A DNA stretch of 56,610 bases from an uncultured virus (IMG/VR IMGVR_UViG_3300008952_000017) (taxonomy: Duplodnaviria > Heunggongvirae > Uroviricota > Caudoviricetes). This document shows, in pieces, positions 10,101-16,016 of this stretch (its first letter is position 1; every line of letters begins with the position of its first letter). Made by a program: the position numbers and the translations under genes. The stretch is taken from the IMG/VR virus record IMGVR_UViG_3300008952_000017. One strand, written 5' to 3'. The notes beneath the pieces were generated by a model. That model saw nothing but the letters and a program-made list of their open reading frames with translations. It ran no database searches and was not told the DNA's origin.

Positions 10101-10883
10101 TATAGTCAAAAAATATCGTAACTGACGTTGTAAGCCACTAACACCATCCTTCACTAATATCTCATTTGGGTCTCCAAGAACTGAACGAGACTGCTTATTC
10201 CTCTTGAGATATTCCCAACTAAGGCGCCTTTCAGCCTCCTTCCTCAGATGCGCTGGCCCATACTGTCTTATTTTGTCACTCTCGTACCCGTGGTCGATTC
10301 TCGTCTGTATCTCTGCTATTTTGGATAATATAGCCGCTTCACTGGGAGGCCTATGCCATATGTCCCCTTCCAGTCCAGTCCTCATCATCTTATTTGCTGT
10401 ATGCTTCCTAATCTTCTTGTCAGGTATGCTTAATATGAACCTAGCAGCAAGCATGCTATTTATTTCGTTCATGACCTCTATGGACTGTCTAAGATTCTCA
10501 TCTTCACGAGAGAGGGCTTCGTTGACTGCTTGTGCTACGAGATGTTGTGTATCCCACAAGGACTTAGGCGGCTCCTCCGCTTCAGGGTCTTCAGGGTCCT
10601 CAGGGTCTATGGTTTGCAACTCACCATTCTCATCTAGGTGGTGAGTTTGAAGGGCCTGTCGTAATGAGTTTAGGTCAGGCAACTTATTGCTATAGGAGTC
10701 CTTGAGATAGGTATCTACCTCATCCATTGCTTCATCAATACTCTTATCGGGATGTGCGACTGCTAACAGCATGTGCAATCTCTTCAAATCCTCATCTTTA
10801 CCCCAATTAGCCAAAGCCTTGAGGTAAATATCGTCCAAGATATGAGACCAAGCGAGGTCTAACGGTGAACCTACCACGAACAT
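1098..10883 (-). CDS. giant 3261-aa protein with many Zn-finger (CxxCxGxG, DnaJ-type) motifs; possible virion internal protein
   Basis: Uninterrupted 9.8-kb ORF with seven exact CxxCxGxG motifs, further CxxC pairs and an N-terminal PLDLAW...LKA leader. Function not identifiable. Confidence 0.85.
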   Translation of the reverse strand: MFVVGSPLDLAWSHILDDIYLKALANWGKDEDLKRLHMLLAVAHPDKSIDEAMDEVDTYLKDSYSNKLPDLNSLRQALQTHHLDENGELQTIDPEDPEDPEAEEPPKSLWDTQHLVAQAVNEALSREDENLRQSIEVMNEINSMLAARFILSIPDKKIRKHTANKMMRTGLEGDIWHRPPSEAAILSKIAEIQTRIDHGYESDKIRQYGPAHLRKEAERRLSWEYLKRNKQSRSVLGDPNEILVKDGVSGLQRQLRYFLTILAHAYAYEMADGFSNRKGGFNNPEIEREMLNYEERVKGTPKWRSQVQRELKRLRTVNRRHQQGKTDDEITKLAERSTTRVMVQDALFRRFWNEGVSKAQQSPLFHEARSHLESFSPVFSEGEGERFDERENESAFGALTTIAHIITERVNHQQYAYGTVSDAATEQQQGRMDRIKYTWEQLNSEEKKILLGLNVVNGPLLGILIKKGMRRESRASGGAGPSKLPGDAMSQFAKHVHKESASNRRNDEMYALDPKDSVEDVEEYLSQEPASTFEHPDTGEMLVRTPKGNVALDEWEKSLKGIIPVDMNWSVGEYRDNDVGDLMTRAVKEGGHEQEGLPTTKKHLINWMHNIMNGMSGNNRAKRLDLDYSTEDWLTRNIGGGRMSPRQALNAVTRYSSLSEGTRRERRNFRRMRRLSELLLTINGRVKDYSEIIASDDFARLHGDTHWDEIEAEKRKGGGQRATHIKRKTAAEKRQFIEQYKGMSGAKKCEYCDEEGNDREHPWMNCRDAPHACHGWDDEAGRAGMRKPQHTAQKDTDANRKFVESLVGELVGWVTDENGERHPAMQQYNDPKLNKDPNYSGGLLHKADIADKKNAIEMGLLQICPTCKGHGETETDFGNLRQCSTCAPFTELRSKENLRMVPDMGSFYSHRGWGFPREATFDKEDVEALHASNLRVRDRLLSTHVSEEQGAADESLRKGFIPPDKMTTPYEIHPITSWPALHTEKGPLSAKGISKARALAVRALNESPQDSKERRVEFVKDFLREYYRDIFSRISDGVEGVSKRIIDGLSPENAVDAGFMDTLFGLMAANLPFNDNNAETLPDKEFNRVMSHLTHAHNPDFDGRNMLVDDGTMQKYDPEDNSTHCTRCGGSGHELDVGGMPTKSMRCWDPLTNTGCAGTGSEGVKKMLKRQPWITRTWSLDEIGDMFRKGLLEKELGRAAPHSQNRWLNPQGVSCETCGGGRAHLYHTTTFRGGNYNQSGKLVTAAPVAGGSSSRFMSDWSQFPSRVPLPIRPGVNEIGANEEKYRHILLLMKQMDALGPSERYGNLGEIPPTRSYGRDESGDWREGGGLQVKLSPEAIKEKIRELERELTGEGVREALMQYHQDESIIPKFKEGWEEGPYLIPTGVKIDDDMPCPYCNKLKVLGLLHGDVHTIAEHKEGSPFPEFAACPEAEKRGDSADLSEMVFDIKQSIGKSPEHLLWERVRDIYEPILSRMQENYQGRGEYKTPLKMHTMTGSTLGVGAVIPRGALTIANARMVSPTGHNPADGPGYRGRRRYGDTLWAHNSPITQSNEIAILQNAIENLPVDEHGEHALANLLAMHILEPNYMLHKHGNPLGLPLPELIERKREEGLTDEDFRRWYFKKEDDLWGWARKILGKSKNEYGLADDERVALDMGYGKLQPLLNLAKRWGDLNFSEDRKQLLDASGIDEDILPRSIFSFDSKKGTFLHKEDVLDNILMMLKHHAFSKLERQHDSAYDADDVGYTQPHENNPSMDFFIQGARHHQLLNGALAEAWRQHDDETLGKFNDGWVVTGKSMPDIDSNRFYEITSGVNEGEKLSLTDLLWRAITNGRPIQTKNGDWLEGHRFPSMEDIHEVTDRYRDMVSNWLLLRNEIFLRSENKELSRQRMKEGNIKRAQVGTNTMGTSTRCLACKGRGAHWPGMNDAAYWWSTLNPYQENDDAMKEYTPHIGGRKLSSLGEGGHQSHEIKWGHPDAIDWVHEHMKTSHGHEGKDGWHEFFERMKSHGFVPSDWEIFNEDGNYSSKYINWLGSQQGGTGPQCVICEGSGHCHGCDGEGRGRQQLSKTARDTIHNIRLLNAIMHAKGMGDEIGDDGVWHSGSGTPVWTQLFEHQAGRRAGFDLERFIEHKPDGYTRLDDEGNPTFESAYLPIPWETDDGQKGVFGTTEQYEKDMDAYVRRFIIQKMMESENHYLRSLTAKAKSLYEGKMPGISEWPTLSPSSYTGTDEGFKKWLSEATKREVTTLHRIVRGYGKTAEEYRDKGDMGMGHYPDRFKVGIEELRSRARKLLAGKTFQSPDGEEDIEGNANLEAILDPFKYGDFENEEDWRLSEWVHHDPLNISQWGESALIDEYQKRTGHTLTSGHTVDDIRRLIYADEDRRNHFSDIWPSWFTEEHKDALHRTGVVHNRDEFKVGKKGRCEHPFCGAGLDNDDECRSCKGTGKQKVPNTSFDEERGEWLPIDGDRDVECANCNGEGVHPHKEPLMATHSKFGEGEYRNPYGRFCENHHHEMIHKLHMGDNPILGKARVFGGHDLLRQIIGHTNLEQGDLEEALQGKVFDEEDGAFFSNSGVGRLGLSFIGMHLIKGNHGNEDYYMPYFEDSRGRRGTAADFGLGHESSRVGDNAARIHPSILASEVFWQPQEKNADAYNRGIHFFDRAKWDYGRVANRMPMIKLTGIDEMRDASQHPKHGGQWKLPTGNSLCPECFSPTPSRQDDKSEEGEKYHAQNDKYKQTVPNCECGHSYGEWTTNIETGKLRYVSDMPPKDHVILKSLLFAGGSPPHDIYGDPTHVIEGKHRERLRERMENYRDWGRDHALIRCDQCYDSKTEQNTGKNKLTGEPCGCHAGLSLKPMPIRGDDGESIGIKDEPINHVLKFGGKLVRLDPYDKTKKTEIDSKAFLQTLKGVLVARGPGGEIERTKKGEVKYVKNGKRLYAKAERMFDPNFRIHVLHPGFGSRLSGLGFQPMKGASLTTASQVAYVIRDINKALKEKSEVTHQWERFQNSMLRLDPSLDDAGELGGLRLVDGESKWTLSTKGRRVAHLARKINANPEQHSEEMRKSAKYIVELTTHWEDPEKVTNMHIRSLHDYVRRLSAARNHEIETPGGDNYGKQGLLTDRDLTVNGIPPQTANHPDKNTTIGEQFAQDMLSGLQSGHLHVRIPLLPRFTEGDDSNDITHWPHPDNPNAQVRQTCGIRPDLYHTLRDQHAEDARSKLSSWQRDHHYHGAAQEASIDEDSLSAFMSAPKPSPIPEGGNLLANVLGEDPTADDS

Positions 10884-10915
10884 CCCAATAGGGATGTGGA
10901 AAAGAACATTCCCCT

Positions 10916-11401
10916 TCAGAAGGGCTGCTCAGGTGACCGACCGGCACTATTTCCAGCATCACGCAGTGCATCCATGGAATAACCTAGCGCGCCGCCTGTA
11001 CTATCAAGATTCAAGGGGTCTCCCGTTCCTTCGAAACCAGGCCCCATTGAACTTTTAGTATGAGAGTTCAACTCACGGTAGGTTCTATCTAGTGCTTCAA
11101 GGACCTTCTCTAATGGCCCTGTGACTTTCTTCGCATTAGGGGCAGCATGAGCCACCCCAGCATTATCCAATAACACACGCAGATTCTTTCTATGGCTATC
11201 CACACTCGGGAGAGATTGCTCTATTAGATTCTTGAGAGGGGTGTTCGCTTGTGTCGCAGCAGCATCCATCATACTGTCTCTGAACTTCTGCTCGTGGTCA
11301 TTAACAGCCATTTCCTCTGTCTTGTGCTCAGGTCTAACCTGCCCTTTCGTAGCAGCCTCCTTCACCACACGCCAAGAACTGTCCAATGCAGCCACAGCCA
11401 T
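10916..11401 (-). CDS. hypothetical protein with LDSSWRVVK leader
   Basis: 161-aa ORF, collinear with neighbours; shared N-terminal motif. Confidence 0.75.
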   Translation of the reverse strand: MAVAALDSSWRVVKEAATKGQVRPEHKTEEMAVNDHEQKFRDSMMDAAATQANTPLKNLIEQSLPSVDSHRKNLRVLLDNAGVAHAAPNAKKVTGPLEKVLEALDRTYRELNSHTKSSMGPGFEGTGDPLNLDSTGGALGYSMDALRDAGNSAGRSPEQPF

Positions 11402-11426
11402 CCGAGTAGGTGATGGGTTAAGAGAT

Positions 11427-11885
11427 TTATGTCCAAGGACTGATAGGAGTAGCCTTCGGTGTGGGTTCTACTGGTGCTTGCACCGGTTCTTGCACCGGTT
11501 CTTGCACCGGTTCCTTAGGCTGGCCCGTCATTGGGTCTATAACATGCTGACGGAACATATCTTTCGCCCTATTAGCAATAGAAGGTATCACTCCGACTTT
11601 AGGAGAGGGAGCAAGGGCTCTTTTTGCCTCTCTTAGGGCTCGCCCAGGGTCATGAGCCTCCCCTTGGCCAAGAAGAGCCCTCCGCCAAGTCATATTGGGG
11701 TTTTGGGCCTCAACTTGCTCATTTGCACTAGATTGTTCCGCTTTAGGTGCAGATTCGCCATTTTTGGCGCTTTCGGACCTCAAACCTTCCAAAATCGCGT
11801 TTTCTAGCCCAGGGAAGCGCGCTGTCGCTTCTTCCCAGTTTTGGGCCTTTTTCAGCGAATTGAAGGCGATATCCAGCGCTGTCAT
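11427..11885 (-). CDS. hypothetical protein with LDIAFNSLKKA leader and EPVQ repeats
   Basis: 152-aa ORF; GGAGTG SD-like sequence upstream. Confidence 0.75.
   Translation of the reverse strand: MTALDIAFNSLKKAQNWEEATARFPGLENAILEGLRSESAKNGESAPKAEQSSANEQVEAQNPNMTWRRALLGQGEAHDPGRALREAKRALAPSPKVGVIPSIANRAKDMFRQHVIDPMTGQPKEPVQEPVQEPVQAPVEPTPKATPISPWT
11477..11512. repeat. 3x 12-bp tandem repeat CTTGCACCGGTT (encodes EPVQ repeats on the minus strand)
   Basis: Three exact copies visible. Confidence 0.95.
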
Positions 11886-11897
11886 GTGATTTCACTC

Positions 11898-12419
11898 CTA
11901 ATTCCGTTCATATAAGGGCATTACACGGTTCAAATCCGGAGTAAGCCCTGTTTCGTCCGCATTCCACCCTCTTTCTTGGCAATTTACGCAAAAATCGCTT
12001 CCTCGAGGCACCATAGCGTTACAGAAGTGATTTTTGCAGTGTCTACGGTCTGTTGCACTCGGATTCCGCGCAATCATCTGATTATATGCGATATCCGGCG
12101 GATTTGTCCTCTCAGGGAAGTCCACTTCCCCTCTGTCTTGCATCAAACGGTTAAAAGCGGCCTCTTCGGCAATCTGAGACGCATTCCTCGCTCCGCGGTC
12201 CTCTCTTTTCCTTTCATAGTCCCTTTTTGCACGTTGAGACCATACTAACCAATCATCTCTCTTATCAGGGTGAATAAATTGGGGGTTCCTCACTAAACCT
12301 ATACCTTCCGGCGATTCCAGCCTGCAAGTACGGCAGTATTTGTCCCTAGAGCCCCCTGGGCGGCTATAAAGCACATCCCAAGGGTGGGTTTTGCAGATTG
12401 GAGTCCAATCAGTCCTCAA
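11898..12419 (-). CDS. hypothetical Zn-ribbon protein
   Basis: CRTC, CKNHFC, CVNC; HPDK motif; coupled to the upstream ORF. Confidence 0.7.
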   Translation of the reverse strand: MRTDWTPICKTHPWDVLYSRPGGSRDKYCRTCRLESPEGIGLVRNPQFIHPDKRDDWLVWSQRAKRDYERKREDRGARNASQIAEEAAFNRLMQDRGEVDFPERTNPPDIAYNQMIARNPSATDRRHCKNHFCNAMVPRGSDFCVNCQERGWNADETGLTPDLNRVMPLYERN

Positions 12420-12646
12420 TATGACCCCTCGACCTCATTAGGGGCCCCATCTCCCATGTTCCAACGCGCATTTGCTTGATTTCGGGGTGTTACCCCCACT
12501 CTACCCTGTGGAATATCGAGTTTACGGGCCAAATGAGCGTGTGCGGGGCAATAAACGTCCGCTCCCTGCCCTGTAAATCCCTTCTTACCCCTCACTCCAC
12601 ACTTTGCGCATATCATAGGGCCGGATTTCAGCACACGGACTGGCAT
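12416..12646 (-). CDS. small Zn-finger protein
   Basis: CAKC...YCPAH; VLKS near the N-terminus. Confidence 0.65.
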   Translation of the reverse strand: MPVRVLKSGPMICAKCGVRGKKGFTGQGADVYCPAHAHLARKLDIPQGRVGVTPRNQANARWNMGDGAPNEVEGSY

Positions 12647-12710
12647 GAGGGGTCCGAGAAGGACCTAGCACGTAAATCTTGCCTCTATTTCAGCAGTTTC
12701 TTCAGGGGCG

Positions 12711-13067
12711 TCACTCTTTATCAGGTCTCTTATCCACGTCATTTATGCGGTCAACCATCGCTCTTCGCCCCGAGGCTACCAAATCCTCTTCTGTAACCTC
12801 TCCGTTCGGCCCACTTCCATATTCAGTACCGTAACCACCATCATTCTCTCGAAGGGCAATGATGCCTGCCCCTCCCTGTGGTGTCAAACCACCACGTGTT
12901 TTAATCTGGCGTATATCGTGTTGCTTATCAGGGTGTAACTGTGATATCCAATCTGTAGCAGGGCAGTCACAAGTGCGCCCACAAGCGTGACAGGTATTAC
13001 CACGTCCTTCGTAATCCATATGCTCGGGATAAGACTTCAGGATTTGCCACGCTTGCTCTAGGGGCAT
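12711..13067 (-). CDS. small Cys-rich protein with PLEQAWQILKS leader (start reassigned to ATG 13067)
   Basis: ATG at 13067 gives MPLEQAWQILKS, matching neighbouring leaders; CHAC..CDC and HPDK. The track's upstream extension runs through homopolymer tracts. Confidence 0.7.
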   Translation of the reverse strand: MPLEQAWQILKSYPEHMDYEGRGNTCHACGRTCDCPATDWISQLHPDKQHDIRQIKTRGGLTPQGGAGIIALRENDGGYGTEYGSGPNGEVTEEDLVASGRRAMVDRINDVDKRPDKE

Positions 13068-13400
13068 ATACGTACGTAAGGGGGGCTCAATTATGAGTTT
13101 TTTCCCCAAAAAATTTTTGTAACAAACGACAGAATACCCTTTCTGGGGAAAAAATTTCTCTATTTCGCACGCTGTTAGAACTGCAACTAAAGATACGTGC
13201 ATAACGCAAATCCGGCTAAGCGGTGTGCTACTGCGCCAAATCTAACCCATGACGGGTTCGGCTCAAACCGTGCTACTGAGCCTCACCATATGGTAAGCAT
13301 CACTGCCCTTCACGACATTCAGGCTCACTTGGCTCTCTTTGTTATTAGTCCAACCTCGACGAGCCCCATAGTAGGGGGTTAGTGTGTGTTGGTGTATGAT
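13068..13400. promoter_or_regulatory. divergent strand-switch region with inverted and direct repeats
   Basis: Coding strand flips here. TTTTTTCCCCA (13098-13108) / TGGGGAAAAAA (13144-13154) inverted repeat; GTGCTACTG(C/A)GCC direct repeat at 13225 and 13270. Confidence 0.55.
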
Positions 13401-13413
13401 GAAGGTGAAAGAA

Positions 13414-14127
13414 ATGAAAACAACAGACGTTAAATCTGTGATGACTCGGCTCGTAGCAGCCAGCGCTCTTGCGCTACTCGCTACCGCTAAGGCAGGTGAG
13501 AAGTTTTGCGCTGTGGTGTTCTATGGGAACACACCATACGCATTCTTCGTCACCCATCTTGGTGCGAACACGAAGGCATTGGGAGCACACCGCGACAGTG
13601 GCGTTCTCGCCGTCGGTAATAACCTGTGGAAGGGACTCAGGGAGTTTTCTGGAGCGATGCTTCAGGGTCTTTGGGATTGCTATGACGGAGCAGCGTCATT
13701 CACTCGTATGGAGTGGATTGACGAGCAAAGTCAGGCAATCATGGATAAACTCACCACGAGTGGTGAGAAGGCTCTATGGGCAGCAATCGAAGACGATATG
13801 ATTGGTGCCTTTAGGATTCCAGCGACAGCCGAAGACGGCCGCTATGAATTCGCAATCCCTAAGATTGAGAAGTGGATGGCGGACTTTGCATCCCACAAAG
13901 CATGGGATAGCATGGATATTGCACAAATAGCAATCAATCCAAAGTGGCTATCGAAGGATGCTCCGAAAGGAATCAGCACCTTCGGTGAATTGCTCGCTAC
14001 GGCAACCCATCCAGCAGGTCAGTATGTGCAAGTCAAGGACAAGTTGCAACCTGCTGAAGTGTCCTATCAAGGTGGGGCTCGACAGCAAATCGACTTCGGT
14101 GAAGTCGATGAAGACCTCTTTGGTTGA
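13414..14127 (+). CDS. hypothetical protein, first gene of the plus-strand arm
   Basis: AAGGTGA SD before ATG 13414; acidic C-terminal tail (DFGEVDEDLFG); followed by a strong hairpin. Confidence 0.8.
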   Translation: MKTTDVKSVMTRLVAASALALLATAKAGEKFCAVVFYGNTPYAFFVTHLGANTKALGAHRDSGVLAVGNNLWKGLREFSGAMLQGLWDCYDGAASFTRMEWIDEQSQAIMDKLTTSGEKALWAAIEDDMIGAFRIPATAEDGRYEFAIPKIEKWMADFASHKAWDSMDIAQIAINPKWLSKDAPKGISTFGELLATATHPAGQYVQVKDKLQPAEVSYQGGARQQIDFGEVDEDLFG

Positions 14128-14163
14128 ATAGGTCAATCACAACACAACAGAACCACGTAAGGC

Positions 14164-14189
14164 CACCCTCACCCTTCGGGGTGGGGGTG
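14164..14189 (+). terminator. 11-bp stem with cUUCGg tetraloop (terminator or RNA-stability hairpin)
   Basis: CACCCTCACCC-TTCG-GGGTGGGGGTG, one G-U pair; no strong U-tract after it. Confidence 0.6.
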
Positions 14190-14199
14190 CGCTGATATT

Positions 14200-14600
14200 C
14201 ATTCATTCTCTAATGGTATTAGCAGCGTATTAGAATCAACATCGGGTTTAGTCAGCCCACGCTCAAGTTGAACCTGCTACATCCATCAGATACACAGGGT
14301 AAGTTAGTGTCTCTACCCTACCAAAACTGACTGCCTACCATAGCAGCCAACACTAACCCATGTAATCATTGACTTCAAGTCAAGCATGGTCGGGCTTAAC
14401 AGGTGCCTGGCTCCTAATGAGGGGGCAAAACCTGTCTTTACACTCACATCGTTGGGAGGCCAACGACACATATATGACTACACCGTTCCAGAGATGCGTC
14501 TTGACCATATGGTCAGGGAGAGACGCACATAATGAGACAGTTTAGTTATCTACTTTCACCCTGCTACAAACGAGTCATGGAGATAACCATGATGAGGGGA
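14200..14600. ncRNA. candidate structured non-coding RNA
   Basis: No good ORF across most of it; six consecutive stem-loops readable by eye (see findings). Family not recognised. Confidence 0.4.
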
Positions 14601-14828
14601 GACATACATTATGTGTATGTAGATGCACTCAAAGGCAGACACTTAGACGCATTAGCCGTTGCGATTGGTTCAGTGGGCCTCTCACCTACTGCATCCCAAC
14701 AACGTTCTATCATAAACGGGGTCGTTTGGCCAGACTCCAAACCAGTGCAAGGGCCGAAAGAAATGCGTCTAAGTGGTCTGACCGAATATAGGACTGAAAC
14801 TTCCAAGAAGCGTAAGTCCAACAATCAA

Positions 14829-14900
14829 GATTCTTCTTGGTTTCTCTATAAAGAAAGTAGTAATTATTGTTAGAGAATAACAAGAGAATATCACGAATCA
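14829..14900. repeat. AT-rich dispersed element, copy 2
   Basis: Shares AGTAATTATTGTTAG.GAATA.....AGAATATCA.GAATCA and the upstream TTCTTCT...TTTCT tract with 1033-1107. Confidence 0.75.
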
Positions 14901-14938
14901 CACTATCGTATAGATAGCAACAAAGGAGATAATGAGAA

Positions 14939-15046
14939 ATGAGCACCAACGAGAAAACTGAAGACATACAAGAGAACGAGGGCGAGAGCAAGCCCGCAAT
15001 AGACTGGAGCCTTTTTGTTAGGCAAATAGTGGAGGGAAAGAAATGA
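14939..15046 (+). CDS. 35-aa peptide MSTNEKTEDIQENEGESKPAIDWSLFVRQIVEGKK
   Basis: AAGGAG upstream; ATGA overlap with the next gene; below the track length cutoff. Confidence 0.5.
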   Translation: MSTNEKTEDIQENEGESKPAIDWSLFVRQIVEGKK

Positions 15047-15381
15047 GTGTTATGAGAGTAGCACTATGTGCATCAAGGCACAAGATATACGCCCACCCTT
15101 TGGGAATGCCTTACGACGAAGTCACAGATGCTATCTTCCCTAAAGTAGTGGAGGAGCCTCTAAACTTTGCAGCACACGAGATACACACAAGGGAGTGGAT
15201 TGATGAACACTCGGAGTTTCTATTACAGGATTGCAACACGCTACGCATCTACGTCACAGGGCTGACTCCAGTCCTCCTATCATTCATACAGGTCTACGAT
15301 ACATACCCGTTGGAGGCTGAGGTGTATTTCATGCACCGCGACCCATACACTACCGTTTATGAAGAACAGAGGTGGGCTTGA
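15043..15381 (+). CDS. small stand-alone CARF/SAVED-like (Rossmann-type) domain protein
   Basis: Pattern LC..RH ... IYVTGLTPVL ... YFMHRD...Y..Q resembles small viral proteins with a CARF/SAVED-like strand-TG-helix core (recalled, not searched). Confidence 0.45.
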   Translation: MSVMRVALCASRHKIYAHPLGMPYDEVTDAIFPKVVEEPLNFAAHEIHTREWIDEHSEFLLQDCNTLRIYVTGLTPVLLSFIQVYDTYPLEAEVYFMHRDPYTTVYEEQRWA

Positions 15382-15492
15382 TGACTCTTAATGAGATATT
15401 TGCAGCAAACGGTGCAGCAATAGCATTTGCTTGGTCTAAGGCTAAGGAAGATGCAGAGATTGTTAAAATCATTCACGAGGAGGTGAAGATAC

Positions 15493-15813
15493 ATGCAGCA
15501 AACCAATGACTCTACTGTTATCTGTAATACCTGCGACAACTACACCTGCACTTGCCCACCACAAGGTGATGATACCAACACTTGGATTAAGAGACATCAA
15601 CACGAGGAAGATGGCTACAAGAAAGGATACTGGACAAGATACAATGCTTGGAAGGCAGACTTTAGAAAGCGGTTCCCTACTGATGAAGATGTCCTTGATA
15701 ACATCAGGAAGAAGTATCGCTGGCCTAGATTCAACAAGTATTCAAGGGCAGGCAAAGAAGAAGAAAGGGAGAAAATACAGGCTGCTCTCAGACTCAAGGA
15801 GGAAGAAGAATGA
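15493..15813 (+). CDS. hypothetical protein with N-terminal CxxC..CxC
   Basis: GAGGAGGTGA SD; ends EEEE with ATGA junction. Confidence 0.7.
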   Translation: MQQTNDSTVICNTCDNYTCTCPPQGDDTNTWIKRHQHEEDGYKKGYWTRYNAWKADFRKRFPTDEDVLDNIRKKYRWPRFNKYSRAGKEEEREKIQAALRLKEEEE

Positions 15814-16016
15814 GCGACCTCGCCGTAATGATAATTAAGGTAGTAGGACTATGTCTTCTTAGCCTATCAATAACACTGGTGGCGATACTATGAGCGCACT
15901 CATTATACTGTGTAAGTGCCCTAATAAGCAAAGTGACTGGAAGATGGAAGTCTATGGAGACCACAACGGCTGTTGCAAGCATTGTGGGAGACTAATGAGC
16001 AAATTTGTAAAGAGAG

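Noticed and set aside
1666..10644. Many plus-strand ORFs inside the giant gene, and minus-strand ORFs inside genes from 15-53 kb
   Set aside because: Antisense or alternate-frame shadows of long motif-bearing genes, with no recognisable motifs.
11477..11512. Tandem repeat as a possible CRISPR or regulatory array
   Set aside because: 12-bp units with no spacers, in frame, encoding a Pro-rich linker.
13068..13202. N-terminal extension of the 163-aa track ORF
   Set aside because: Runs through homopolymer and inverted-repeat sequence; the internal ATG 13067 gives the shared leader.
14460..14550. GACTACA and later TAGTT as group I intron R/S elements
   Set aside because: Match too weak, and no interrupted gene flanks it.
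14532..14873. 113-aa plus-strand ORF
   Set aside because: Overlaps the hairpin cluster and the duplicated AT-rich element and has no motifs. A shorter real gene is possible but unsupported.
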